DNA of 64,000 bases from Squalus acanthias (Eukaryota): positions 24,740,001-24,804,000 of the forward strand of contig CM059433.1 in assembly GCA_030390025.1 (NCBI GenBank). Direction: 5' to 3'. This document shows, in pieces, positions 14,970 through 27,805 of the stretch. The notes below the pieces were generated by a model, which saw only the letters and a list, made by a program, of their open reading frames with translations, searched no databases and had not been told where the DNA came from. The stretch's first letter is position 1. Each line of letters opens with the position of its first letter. The position numbers and the translations under genes are program-made.

Positions 14970-15575
14970 TATCTTAAGAAGACTGGAATACAAAGGGGTC
15001 AGAGTTATGTTAGAGCTGTACAGAGCGCTGGTGAGACCCCATCTGGAGTACTCTATTAAGTTCTGGGCGTCACACTTCAGGAAGGATATATTGTACTTAT
15101 AGAGGGTGCAGCACAGACTCACCATAATGATACCGGGGCTAAAAGGGTTAAATTATGAGGACAGGTTGCATAGACTCGGCTTGTATACCCTTGAGTATAG
15201 AAGATTAAGGGGGTGATCTAATTGAGATTTTTAAGATGATTAAAGGATTTGATATGGTAGATAGAGAGAAACTCCTCTGGTGGGAGAGTCCAGAATAAGG
15301 GGCATAACATTAAAATTAGAGCGGGGTGATGTCAGGAAGCACTTCTTCACACAAAGGGTAGTGGAAATCTGGAAAACTTTTCCACCAAAAAGTTGTTAAG
15401 ACTAGGTCAATTGAAAATTTCAAAGCCGAGATCGATAGATTTTTGTTCAGCAAGGGTATTAAGGGTTATGGAACCCAGGCGGGTAGATGGAGCTAAGATG
15501 CAGATCAGCCATGATCTAATTGAATGGCGGAACAGGCTTGAGGGGCTGAATGGCCTACTCATGTTCCTATGCTCT
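14970..15575 (+). mobile_element. CR1 LINE 3' fragment
   Basis: LELYRALVRPHLEY..FW motif in ORF 14899..15102; tail gctgaatggcctactc..ttcctatg. Confidence 0.9.
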
Positions 15576-16189
15576 TACAGTATTATTCCAATTTTAAGTT
15601 GTGGGTTTTTTGTGTTGGAAGTACTGAGACACTGAATGAAGAGTGAGTGATCAGTTGTTTTGTTTCAGTATATTGTCTGCTCAGGTGCTGCCTCAACATG
15701 AGAAATCAGACTGGGGTAAAAGTAAATATTGGATTTTCCAGCTGTGAGCGAGGGTGGTGGTTTGAAACAAGAATGTGTGAGACAGCCGCATGTCAGCATT
15801 ACTTACCCATTACTGAGTTGATGAGATGTGAATCCGTGCTTGAATAGACGTATAAAGGTAAATTCCTTCCTTTTTAGTTCTCCAGGTCTGGATTCATTCA
15901 TGCACTCTACAACTCACTCACCCACAGCCCAGGAACATGCTAACCATTTAACATGCTAGAACTGGTTTAGAGAGTTTTAAGTGAAGCTAGTGTTTGTTTC
16001 AAATTACCACTTCACTCTACCCTATATAGGTAGTGGAGAAAAAAGGTTGGTAGTTATCTTTCCATTCCAATCCTGGAGTAGTGAGCAGTCTTAGAGGAGA
16101 GCATTAGGCCTGATGGTGCTTGATCTGGTCCAACCAGAGCTGGCAATGAATGGCTAAACCAGTTGTGAGTCAGATACATTCAAGTCTGT

Positions 16190-17010
16190 GCCCTTTGGAC
16201 TTAAGGGAGCAAAGATGTGGACTGTACCTAGGGGAACGACTAGTATGGTCGAGAGTAGGGGTTATATTTGGGACAAGGGCATTAATGGTGGGGGGGTGAG
16301 GGAGTGCTTGAGCAGATTGACAGCTGCAGAAGTGTCATGGAGAATGGAGGGCCAAAGCCTAGACAGCTGGGAGTTTGAAAGTATCATTGTAAGTGACTTG
16401 GAGAAGAGTTTTTTCCAGTGGTGGGTCCAGAAGGAAGTGGGGTTGGAAGGGGGATGAGCGGTAAGGGATACAAGGATATGTTCAGAGATGTTTGTGATCG
16501 AGACAGTAGGAGTAGAAAGGCCACATGAGATGGCATGGTTGAGTGGCTGGCCGTGAATACGGGTCGGAGAGTATCGAGGGAGAGGTTAAGGGAGGACTGG
16601 AAGGCAGGTGAACCTGGAGGAGAGGGGGCAAGGTGAGTCAAAATGGAGACTGAAATCCCTGAGGATAAGGAGTCACTTCAGTAAAGGGCAAGATGTTGTC
16701 ACCCATGATTGAGCCAAGTTTTTGTCAAAGCCATGATGTCAATGCAATCATCGACAGGAAGGTTGTGGATGTCAAGGGCCTTGCTGGCGAGTGAATGGAC
16801 ATTCTGGAGGGAAATGTGGAGGTGGGTGACGATTGTTGATCTGGCAAAGTCCTAGAGGTCAGTGGTGAGTGGAGCGAGTGGGATAGGAAAGAGGTTGGCG
16901 AGAGAGAAGCATGGGGCAGTTGGAGTTGCTAAGAAGGAAGCGACAACTGCCTTGATGGTCCCTTCAGAGAATGCTGAGAGAGGCCAGAGGGTCGCTGTGG
17001 CATTAACTAA
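16190..17010 (-). mobile_element. Degenerate L2-like LINE, APE endonuclease region
   Basis: Minus strand near 16715-16820 reads LHISLQNVHSLASKALDIHNLPVDDCIDIMALTKTWL (NVxSL..D+++LTETWL APE motifs). Confidence 0.7.
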
Positions 17011-17569
17011 GAGGGATTAAAGCTTGGGACAGTGGCAGGAGAGTAGGAATGCAGAAGAATAGTGAAAGTTTGGGATAGGGATGGGAGGGTGGGGGAAATA
17101 CCTGAGGGGAGAAAGGAAAGGTGGCATGACTAGGTGATAGGAAGGGGAGGAGACAGGAGAGGGTCCTAAGGCAGTAAAGCGGAGATAAAAAAATGCCATT
17201 AACCCGCCCCGTTCTTGTATCCTTTATCTGCTTTTCCTTCACCCAGTTATCCAATCTAATCTTGAATGTTGACATAGTTTCTGCCTGAATCACTCACCCT
17301 GGAAGTGAATTCCACTGCGTCACAACTTTGTGTAAAATTTCCACTGAATATAGTGACCATCGTTCCTTGAAATCATCAGTTTCAACAACATAAATGTACA
17401 GTGATAAGTGTCACAATCGTGGGAGTGTCAAGAACATGGATCAGACTGGCTGGCATCTGCCAGAACAGTCACTGGCAATTTAAATAAAAAATCACAAACA
17501 CAATCGGACTGATACCAGAAACAAAATAGAACTGATGCCATACACTTCAGAATAGATTTAAGTGCTCAA

Positions 17570-18080
17570 ATATAGGACCAACTTAAGTGAAGAACATTGG
17601 ATTCAAAAGCAAAATGCAATCTGGTCAAATTGGCAGATGATGCTGAAACTGAAAGGAGTAGGTCTGTCAAATCTGAAGAGGTAACGAATGATCTACAGAA
17701 GGTGAAATAAAATCTGTAGATAGGCAGAGCAGTGGTACATCAAATCCAGTAAGGTTAAGTGTGAGGTATTACACTTGGGAAGAAAACACTGGATAACATA
17801 TTAATGGTATAGAAATGGTCAATTGAGTTGCTACTTCAAGTTATACTGTAATGGTGGGATATAGGCACAAGTTTAAACTGGCAGAAGGCAAATTTAGAAC
17901 TACATATCCAGAAATTCTCCACACCAACAGTGATCAACACATGGAATGGATTTATGGTTAGGATAGTGGAAGCAAAAATCCTGGAATAATTTAAGAAACA
18001 TTTGGAAGCTGTGATGGGGGAGAGGACTGGATGAGTAAGAATGAGCCAAAAGGCTTTCTTTTGTATCTATCTTTTGACAT
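17570..18080 (+). mobile_element. Highly decayed CR1 fragment
   Basis: Remnants of KFADD, KCEVLHLGRK and WNGL motifs. Confidence 0.55.
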
Positions 18081-18097
18081 CAGGTATGCTTATAAGA

Positions 18098-18648
18098 CAA
18101 TAGCAAAATACTGCGGATGCTGGAAATCTGAAATAACAACAGAAAATGCTGGAAACACTCAGCAGGTCAGGCAGCATCCGTGGAGAGAGAAACAGAGTTA
18201 ACGTTTCAGGTCTGTGACCGTGTCTGTTCCATTTCCCGCACTTCTGCTCTCACCCCTTCCCCTCCCTCCCAGAACCACGATCGGTTCCCCTTGTCCTCAC
18301 CTTTCACCCCACCAGCCTCCACATTCAACGGATCATCCTCCACCATTTCCGCCACCTCCAGCATGATCCCACCACCAAACACATCTTCCCCTCCTATCCC
18401 CTTTCAGCATTCTGAAGGAACTGGTCCACTCCTCAATCACCCCCAACAGCCTCTCCCCTCCCCATGGTACCTTCCCGTGCAAGAGATGCAACACCTGCCC
18501 TTTTACTTCCTCCTTTCCCACTGTCCAGGGTCCCAAACACTCCTTCCCGGTGAAACAGCGATTTACTACTTGTACTTGCAATTTAGTATACTGTATTCGC
18601 TGCTCACGATGCGGTCTCCTCTACATTGGGGAGACCAAACGCAGATTT
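18098..18648 (+). mobile_element. Penelope-like retroelement fragment (terminal-repeat sequence plus GIY-YIG endonuclease piece)
   Basis: ORF 18550..18732 FTTCTCNLVYCIRCSRCGLLYIGETKRR has the VY-x-I-x-C-xx-C-xxx-YIGET GIY-YIG signature of Penelope; 18102-18212 is the same sequence as the hairpin element arm at 23038-23148. Confidence 0.88.
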
Positions 18649-19870
18649 AGCCTCAGTATCATTCTGGTGAATCTATGCTGTACTCCCTACAAGGCCAATA
18701 TATCCTTCCTGAGGTGCAGTGCCCAGAACTGAAGGCAGTGCTCCAGATGGGGTCTGACCAAGGCCATGTGTAACTGAAGCATAAATTCCTTACCTTTGTA
18801 TTCCAACCCCCTTGAGATAAAAGACAATATTCTGTCTGATTATTTTTTGTACCTGTACACTAGATTTTAGTGATTTGTGTATGTGGACACCCAAATCTCT
18901 TTGCTCCTCCACAGTTCTAGTTTCTCACCATTAAGAGAATACTCTGATTTATCTTTCTTTGATCCAAAGTGGATGACCTCACACTTCCCTACATTGAACT
19001 CCATTTGCCATGGTGTTGCCCACTCACTTAATCTGCCGATGCCCCTTTGTAACTTCCTGGTCCCATCTGCACAACTTACTGTGTCTCCCAACTTAATTTC
19101 ATCTGCAAACTTGGATACACAACTCTTTATTCCTTCATCCAAGTCATTGATAAATATGGAGAAAAACTGAGGCCTCGGTACTGATTCCTAGGGAATTCTA
19201 CTTGTCACATCCCGCCATTCAGAGCAATTTCCCTTTATCCCTACTCTCTGTCTCCTACCTCCCAACCAATGTTGCAAGGTTACCTCCAATTCCATGTGCT
19301 TTCATTTTTGCAAATAATCTCTTGTGCAGAACCTTATCAAATGCCTTCAGGAATTCCATATAGACAACATCCATAGACGTTCCCTTATCCACCTTGTTAC
19401 TTCCTATAACCTTTTCTGTACCCAGAGTATTTGTATTATCTTTCTCTTTTGTATTCTGACCTTTGCTCTCATCCCTTTTTCTTATCTGTAGGTTACTATG
19501 ATTTCTACCCAAACCCTCCCCCTGCCCCTCCTTTATTGGTTTGAAATCCATTCTACGGTCCTCTTTATCCTTTCTGTTAGGACTTTGGTTGCAGCAGTAC
19601 ATGTGTCCCAGTACATGTGTCAGTATCCCACAAAATGGAACCCCTCCTTCACACACGACTCTTTCTCAGCCACGCATTTACTTCCCTGATCTGTTTATTC
19701 CTTTGCCAATTCGCATGTGGCTCAGGTAGTAATCAGGAGATTACCACCCTTGAGGCCCTGCGTTTTACTTTAGCTCCGAGCTCCTGCTACTCTCTTCGCA
19801 GGACTTCTTCCCTGTTTCTTGCTATGTTACTGGTTCTGACGTAGACCACAACAGCTAGTTCTTTCCCCCC
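18649..19870 (-). mobile_element. Internally deleted CR1 (ORF1 SGNH esterase remnant joined to RT)
   Basis: SKFADE..WQMEFNVGKCEVIH and DVVYMEFLKAFDKV RT motifs; 19640-19860 minus reads AVVVYVRT..NREEVLRRE.QELGAKVKRRASRVVIS.LLPEPHANW..NAWL (CR1 ORF1 esterase-like). Confidence 0.8.
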
Positions 19871-21562
19871 CTCTCTTTCCAACTGCATATGTTTTTTAAT
19901 ATTATAGGTGGGTTTTCTGCTTCTGCAGCTTGCCAGACTGCAATTTTCCTCTCCGTTAAAATGAATGGGCTAGCAAGCAGAAGCAGATAATTCTGGCTCG
20001 TATGTCCACTGATTGTACTGTATTGGTTTCCAGTGTTCTTTAGTACCTAATCAGTATTATTATGTACCTATTCTGCTAATGTAAATTGGTTTTAATTCAT
20101 TGTATGACTTGGATAGTAACAGTCTCTTGGTTAAAAATTCAGTTGTAGTTAATATAAATAGTTATGTTTTTCAAGATATGGAAGCCTTATAATCCACATT
20201 TTGAATTGCTAATTGTGCACTAATTTAAATTGACAGAGCACTCGAGTTTGCATTACTGTTGTAAATGGAGGCTGAGACTGTTTAACTACTCAATTAAAAT
20301 TACGTGTGCGCGCGTGCGTGATATATTTTATTGTCAGGTTATTCTGTGTAAAAGTCATTGCACACAGTTCGATTTAGTGATCAGTACTTTAGGAATACAG
20401 AGTAGAAACAGTTGCTTCTTACTAATTTTGATCTGATGTCATAGAATCATAGAATGGTTACAGCACGGAAGAAGGCCATTCGTCCCGTCGAGCCCGTGCC
20501 GACTCTCAGCTAGTCCCACTCCCCTGTCCTTTTCCCGTAACCCTGCAATTTTTTTTCCTTCAAATACTTATCTTAACTCCCTTTTGAAAGATAAGATTGA
20601 GTCTGCCTCCACCACCCTTTCAGGAAGTGCATTCCAGATCTTAACCACTCGCTGCGTTAAAAAAAAAGCTTTTTCTTGCGTTGTCTTTGGAATCACCTTA
20701 AATCTGTGTTCTCTGGTTCTCGACCCTTCTGCCAATGGGAACAGTTTCTCTCTAACTACTCTGTCCAGACCCCTCATGATTTTGAACACTTCTATCAAAT
20801 CTCCTTTCAATCTTCTCTGCTCCAAGGAACAACCGCAGCTTCTCCGGTCTATCCACGTAACTGAAGTCCCTCATTCCTGGAATCATTCTTAATCTTTTCT
20901 GCACCTTCTCTAAGGCCTTCACATCCTTCCTAAAGTGTGGTGCCCAGAATTGGACACAGTACTCCAGTTGGGGTCGAACTAATGTTTTATACAGGTTCAT
21001 CATAATTTCCCCACTTTTGTACTCTATACCTCTATTTATGAAGCCCAGGATCCCGTAAGCCTTTTTAACTGCTTTCTCAACCTGCCCTGCCACCTTCAAC
21101 GATTTGTGCACACATATCCCCAGGTCTCTCTGTTCGTGCACCCGCTCTAGGATTGTACCATTTAGTTTATATGTCCTCTCCCCATTCTTTCTACCAAAAT
21201 GTATCACTTCACACTTTTCTGCGTTAAATTTCATCTGCCACGTGTCCGCCCATTTCACCAGCCTGTCTGTCTTCCTGAAGTCTATCACTCTCCTCCTCAC
21301 TGTTCACTATACTTCAAGTTTTGTGTCATCTACAAATTTTGAAATTGTGCCCTGCACCCCCACGTCCAAGTCATTAATATACATCAAGAAAAGCAGTGGT
21401 CCTAGAACTGAGCCCTGAGGAACACCACTGTATACCTTCCTCCAGTCCGAAAAACAACCGTTCACCACTACTCTCTGTATCCTGTCACGTAGCCAATTTC
21501 GTATCCATGCTGCCACTGTCCCTTTTATTCCACGGGCTTCAAATTTGCTCGCAAACCTATTA

Positions 21563-21929
21563 CAGGAAATTCTTTATTAACCGGCACCCAAATATCCGGA
21601 AATCTCTCTTAACCGGCAAAATTCTTGAGTAGGTAACCGGGGTTTTCCTTCATCTCTCGTTTAAAATTAACTTTAAAAAAAAAAACCCCGAGGCGTTTGC
21701 CTTGTATCGGAGCGTGTAGATTGGGAGGGGAATGTGCAGCCCGGGTAGGCAGCGGACACGACAGATGGTCAGCTGGCGGTCCCCGGGGAGACGGAGCTCT
21801 GAATGCAGGCGCATGTCAATGTGTACGGGGCTCTCGTACGTTGGGAGATATAACTCTCCGTTATCCGGACTTTTTGAATAACCGGCACCACGCCGGTCCC
21901 GTCGGTGCCGGTTAATAAAGAGTTTCCTG
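21563..21929. mobile_element. Tc1/mariner (pogo/Tigger-type) MITE, 367 bp
   Basis: 26-bp TIRs CAGGAAA(T/C)TCTTTATTAACCGGCACC with one mismatch; TA duplicated at 21561-21562 and 21930-21931; splits the host CR1 codons V-P-H-N-R. Confidence 0.93.
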
Positions 21930-23034
21930 TATGTGGCACTTTGTCAAACACCTTTTGGAAATCCATGTACACCACGTCAACCGCATTACCCTCATCAACC
22001 CTCTCTGTTACCTCATCAAAAAAACTCAATCAAGTTGGTTAAACACGATTTGCCTTTAACAAATCCGTGCTGGCTTTCCTTAATTAATCCACACCTATCC
22101 AAGTGACTGTTAATTTTGTCCCTGATTACTGTTTCTAAAAGCTTCCCCACTACCGAAGTTAAACTGACTGGCCTGTAGTTGCTGGGTTTATCTTTACACA
22201 CTTTTTTGAGCAATGGTGTAACATTTGCAATTTTCCAGTCCTCTGGCACCACCCCCATCTATGGAGGATTGGAATATTATGGCCAGTACCTCCGCGATTT
22301 TCGCCCCCAATTCCCTCAGCACCCTAGGATGCATCCCATCTACTCCTGGTGACTTATCTAATTTAAGTACAGCCAGCCTTTCTAATACCTCTTTATCAAT
22401 TTTTATCCTATTAAGTGTCTCGACTACCTCCTCCTTTACTATGTCTATGGCAGCATCCTCTTCCTTGGTGAAGACAGATGCAAAGTACTCGTTTAGTACC
22501 TCAACCATGCCCTCTGCCTCCATGCATAGGTCTCCCTTTTGGTCCCTAATCAGTCCCACCCATCCTCTTACTACCCTTTTACTATTTATATGCCTATAGA
22601 AGACTTTTGGATTACCGTTTATGTTTGCTGCCATTCTATTCTCATACCCTCTCTTTGCCCCTCTTATTTTCTTTTTCACTTCTCCTCTCGCCTTTCTATA
22701 TATAGCCTGATTATCAGATGTATTTGCAACCTGACATCTGTCATACACGCTCTTTTTCTGCTTCATCGTATTCTCTATTTGTTCCGTCATCCAGGGAGCC
22801 CTGACTTTAGTTGCCCTGCCTTTCCCCCTAGTGGGAATGTACCTGAACGATTTCCTCTTTAAAGGCAGCCCATTGTTCCATTACAGTTTTGCCTGCCAAC
22901 CTTTGATTCCAGTTTACCCGGGCAAGATCTGTTCTCATCCCACTGAAATTGGCCTCCCCCCCCCCCCCAGTTAAACATTTTTACTCTAGATTGCTCCCTG
23001 TCCTTTTCCATAGCTAATCTAAACCTTATGATAC

Positions 23035-23280
23035 AAAAGCAAAATACTGCGGATGCTGGAAATTTGAAATAAAAACAGAAAATGCTGGAAATACTCAGCA
23101 GGTCAGGCAGCATTTGTGGAGAGAGAAACAGAGTTAACGTTTAAGGTCAATGACCCTTCGTCAGAACTGGCGAAGTTCTGACGAAGGGTCTTCAACCTGA
23201 AACGTTAACTCTGTTTCTCTTCACAAATGCTGCCTGACCTGCTGAGTATTTCCAGCATTTTCTGTTTTTATTTTATATTA
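23035..23280. mobile_element. Palindromic Penelope-derived short insertion, family A
   Basis: About 100-bp inverted arms 23067-23168 and 23174-23273; 15-bp direct repeat TAAACCTTATGATAC at 23020-23034 and 23281-23295. Confidence 0.92.
23174..23210 (+). ncRNA. Putative minimal type I hammerhead ribozyme motif
   Basis: AGUU-CUGACGA-A-GGGU cuuca ACCU-GAAA-CG-UU-AACU: both core boxes, stem II, palindromic AACGUU in place of stem III, stem I AGUU/AACU. Confidence 0.65.
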
Positions 23281-25384
23281 TAAACCTTATGATACTATGA
23301 TCACTGTTCCCTAAATGTTCACCGACTGTCACTTGCTCCACTTGACCTACCTCATTCCCCACAACCAGATCCAGCAATGCCTCCTCCCTCGTCGGGCCGG
23401 AAACATACTGATCAAGAAAGTTCTCCTGAACACACTTCAGAAGTTCTTCCCCTTTTCTGCCCTTTACACTATTTCGATCCCAGTCTATATTAGGATACTT
23501 GAAGTCCCCCATTATTACTACTCTATCGTTCTTGCACCTCTCTGTAATTTCTCTGCAAATTTGCTCCTCCATAACTTTACCACTAGTTGGTGACCTATAG
23601 AATACACCTAGTAGTGTAATGGCACCTCTATTATTTCTTAACTCTAGCCATATAGATTCTGTCCTTGACCCCTCCAGGACATCATCCCTCTCCAGCACTG
23701 TAACATTCTCCATAACCAATACTGCCACACCACCTCTTATCTTTCCTGAACACCTTATAACCAGGAATATTTAATTTAATGTCGTATTGTATTGGGGCAA
23801 AAGTACAGATGTACTGACTTAACATTTTTCTGCATGATGTGGAATCTGCAATTGGGTCTTTCTATTAACTTTCTGAAAGTTTAACTATCTCTTTGCTGAA
23901 GTGTACCTTTTCAGTTAAATTCCTGCTTTCAATTCAAGAGACAATTCAATTGTTTTGAGGCATTTAGTTACTTGAGGAATTTTCTTATACAGTGGGTTTG
24001 TAATGTATTGAATTTACAAGTTTTTGCCCTGGCTAAGAGCCCAACATAAAGTCATGTGGAGTTTTACTTCAGTGCATGTCAGAACTAATTTTCTGCTCAA
24101 CGCAGCTGCATTCTCCTGCTCCTGGCCTAGTCCTGCACTCCTGGTCTCCTACAGTTCAGTCCGCCAATGGGGGAAAATAGAGGCCTGACAATTCCTATAC
24201 TGTTGGAAGTATCAACCCTAGCGAGTAATAGCACTGAATGTTCCAACTCCTAGTTTTTGCTGACTCCGAGATTAATCATTCAGTAATAACTATTTACTTG
24301 TTTTAGCTGTGGTGTTATTTTTTTCCCTTTCGTGCCACCCTCTAACTGGGAGGTTGGTAAGGTGACTTGTTTCCCAGACTTTTGCCAACACTGGTCTGTT
24401 AACAGCTGCTAGGTAGTGCATGAAGACAGCATGGGTTGACTCACTTTTTTTTCTCTCTCTCCCTCCTCTTCCTCCTCCCCCCACCATCCCCTGGCCTCCT
24501 TTCCAATGAAAAAGTGGCTTGTTCCATCTTGCTGTCTCCCAGACACCCAAATTGAGTTTGGCAACTCAAAGCATGTTGATGCATCAAACCAATGTGCCGT
24601 CGTGATTTGCACTCACAATTTCCCAATGATGAATTACCAATTTTGATTGTGTTGTCAGAGGGAGCGCCAAGTTGGATGTGGTTCTTTCTCATGGGTGGTG
24701 TGAAGAAGGTAAAAAAAAAAGCACATAGATCACCTAAACCTCTGCTAACATGCTCATTGCAGCCTGATCAATGTAGATGCTGTCAGAGAGATATGGGAGT
24801 TAGTTGCCTACCTAGCTTGGCAGGGGGATGGATGAGCAGAGGCTCAAGGAGGAGAGAAAACCAGAAATGACTGTTTAAAAAAAAAAAATTAGAAAAAAAA
24901 ACCTTTAAATCCAGATGGTGATTATTGTAAAGGTTAAACTTACAATCATTTTGACTGTCACACCAACTACAGTCACTTCAGAATGCTGATAAATTTTCCT
25001 GAGACTGTCCAACTTATCTGCCTTTTATACTCAGTCGCTGACAGTATTTGACTCCCGATTCAGACATATATTAAGTTCAATCGCTTCCCAACTTCTCTCA
25101 TTTTATAGGATTTCTGATTCAAACATAAGTCTTTCACTGGTCTTCGCATTTTATGTTCAATATTGGCAGCACAACACACACATTCTGTATTTGTGTGTAA
25201 TAGCAGTTTAAATTGGATTTAGTTGGACTGTTGATGATTACACTTCCTTTAAAACTAGCCATTCTTGTTTCTTGTAAGTAGTCTATAAAAACCTTGATTC
25301 AAATGACATGTATTGCAATGTACTCGATCAGCTTTCTGCTGTTTGCGGCTTCTAATTTTATTCTTGGGACGTGAGTGAAGCTGG

Positions 25385-26372
25385 GTCAATCATCTCAGCC
25401 CCAGCACATCACTGCAGGAGTTCCTCAGGGCAGTGTCCTAGGCCAACCATCTTCAGCTGCTTCATCAATGACCTTCCCTCCATCATAAGGTCAGAAGTGG
25501 GTATGTTCGCTGATGATTTGCACAGTGTTCACCATTCGCAACTCCTTATATAATGAAGTAGTCCGTACTTGCATGCAGCAAGACCTGGACAGCATTCAGG
25601 CTTGGGCTAATAAGTGGCAAGTAACATTCGCGCCACACAGGCAATGACCATCTCCAACAAGAGAGTCTAGCAACCTCCCCATGATATTCAACGGGATTAC
25701 CATCACTGAATCCCCTACCATCAGCATCCTGGGGGGTCATCATTGACCAGAAACTTAACTGGACCAGTCACATAAATGTTATGGCACCAAGAGTGGGTCA
25801 GAGGCTAGGTATTCTGCAGCGAGTGTCTCACCTCCTGACTCCCCAAAGCCTTTCCACCATCTACAAGGCATAATTCAGGAGTGTAATGGAATACTCTCCA
25901 CTTGCCTGGATGAATGCAGCTCCAACAACACTCAAGAAGCTCGACACCATCCAAGACACAGGAGCCCGTTTGATTGGCAACCCATCCACCACCTTAAACA
26001 TTCACTCCCTCCACCACCAACACACCGTGGCTGCAGTGTGTACCATCTACAAGATGCACTGCAGCAATTCGCCAAGGCTTCTTCGGCAGCACCTCGCAAA
26101 CCCGCGACCTCTACCACCAAGAAGGACAAGGGCAGCAGGCGCATGGGAACACCACCACCTCCAAGCTCCCCACCAAGTTGCACACCATCCTGACTTGGAA
26201 ATATATCGCCATCCCTTCATCGTCACTGGGTGAAAATCCTGGGACTCCCTCCGTAACAGCACTGTTGGGAGTACCTTCACCTCACGGACTGCAGCGGTTC
26301 AAGAAGGAAGTGCAGTACCACCTTCTCGAGGGTGATTAGGGATAGGCAATAAACGCCAGCGACGCCCGCACA
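25385..26372 (+). mobile_element. CR1/Jockey-group LINE (family Z) 3' part
   Basis: [36 protein letters not shown] motif; tail gggataggcaataaacgccagcgacgccc then A-run; same family as 48918-51770. Confidence 0.9.
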
Positions 26373-26764
26373 AAAAAAAACTCTGCTGCACTTAGCAAGT
26401 TATTGTGTTGCCTAGAAATTGTAAAGTATGTAGGTATTTTAACATCAAACTTCCTCCAGAATTCATGCTGTAGGTCATAAAGCTGGTTTCCTGGGTCAGG
26501 TGACTATCAACTGTCATGAAGTCTCAAAAATTGTCATCATCATTGCAGTCAATGGAGCCTCTCTGGGATGTGGACTGCTCCCTGGTGATGTCATGGAATG
26601 GTCTAGCAGAAGAAAACAAAACTCTTTTAAAATTTCAAGTTTTAAATTTTTTTCCTGCTCTAAAATGGAGGAGTATTGTTGTGGGGTGGGAGAAGTAATT
26701 GTAATCTGTTCTCTCATTTCCCCCCCCCTCCCCCTGCCCCCACACTTTCCTTCTCCTTTACATT

Positions 26765-27506
26765 GGGCTGGATCTTGCTGGACAAATAATGGCGTGTTAA
26801 CGACGCGTGCAGTTATTAATGCGCAAATCGGCCAGCAAGTTCAGGAGATTAAAAGATACGTGCGAGTTGTGAATCTGGAACTTGCTGGTCGATTTTCGCC
26901 GCTTGCTTCGCACAAACGGCTTCTCACCCTTAGCCTCCCCGTTATTTTTAAGTCCTTCCTGGATTTGCACGTTAATTCTCCATTAACCTCGCTGCAGAAG
27001 GTTAGGGCTGGAATTTAACAGCGCAAGTACCTTTTTTTATAATGTGATAATTGTTAATGCAATGCCAATCAAGCTCTGTGGCCCAGAAATTGAGCAGTTT
27101 GAACTGTTCAATCTCATTCCTGCATGTAGCGAATTGTTGTTGGATTTTAAAAATGTCAAATTAAAAATTTTCACTTTTTTTCCTTTTTCCTTTCTACCTC
27201 TTTTCTCTCTCAATCCAATCTTTTTATTTCTCTTTCTGTACCTGATTTGGATCTAATTCGCCTTATTTCCTTCTCTGTCATTCCTCTGTTTCTTTCTCGA
27301 TCCTTAAATCTCTGGTTAAGGAGATAGACTGTTGGTCCCGCTTTTCACTGAGGCCCCAGATGCTCCGTTGCCCCCACTGTGCCGTTGTCAGCTCACATTT
27401 CCAGCAAAATTACGCCACAAAAAAATCTTTTGAGCTGAAGGGTGCAGAAAAAAGTATAACTAACGACGCGTGCCACGAGATGCCCCACTCCAGCAAGATC
27501 AGGCCC
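26765..27506. mobile_element. PIF/Harbinger-type MITE
   Basis: TIRs GGGC(TG/CT)GATCTTGCTGGA; ATT on both flanks; CpG-rich ends; interior resembles 41878-42625 in reverse orientation. Confidence 0.8.
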
Positions 27507-27676
27507 ATTATTTTATCTTCAGTAGTTGGTACTGGTTGCTGGCACTGCTAATGCAGTCCAGGTATTTGTACCTCTTGCAAGTAAATTAAAAATTGTGAAT
27601 TAGGATCACATTGAAGAAGGTAGATTCTAATCCTTAGAGACAGCAAAAGAAGTGGTGACTTTTCTAACCACTCTGA

Positions 27677-27805
<129 letters not shown>

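Larger units (their letters stand above)
20438..23775 (-). mobile_element. CR1 LINE, near-complete frameshifted ORF2 (APE + RT) with two nested insertions
   Basis: ORF pieces: GVFYRSP..IMGDF..SDH (APE), [52 protein letters not shown] (RT); (CATAGAAT)2 tail at 20439-20454. Confidence 0.96.

Noticed and set aside
26500..27018. 172-aa ORF
   Set aside because: No recognisable domain; runs into a MITE; chance frame.
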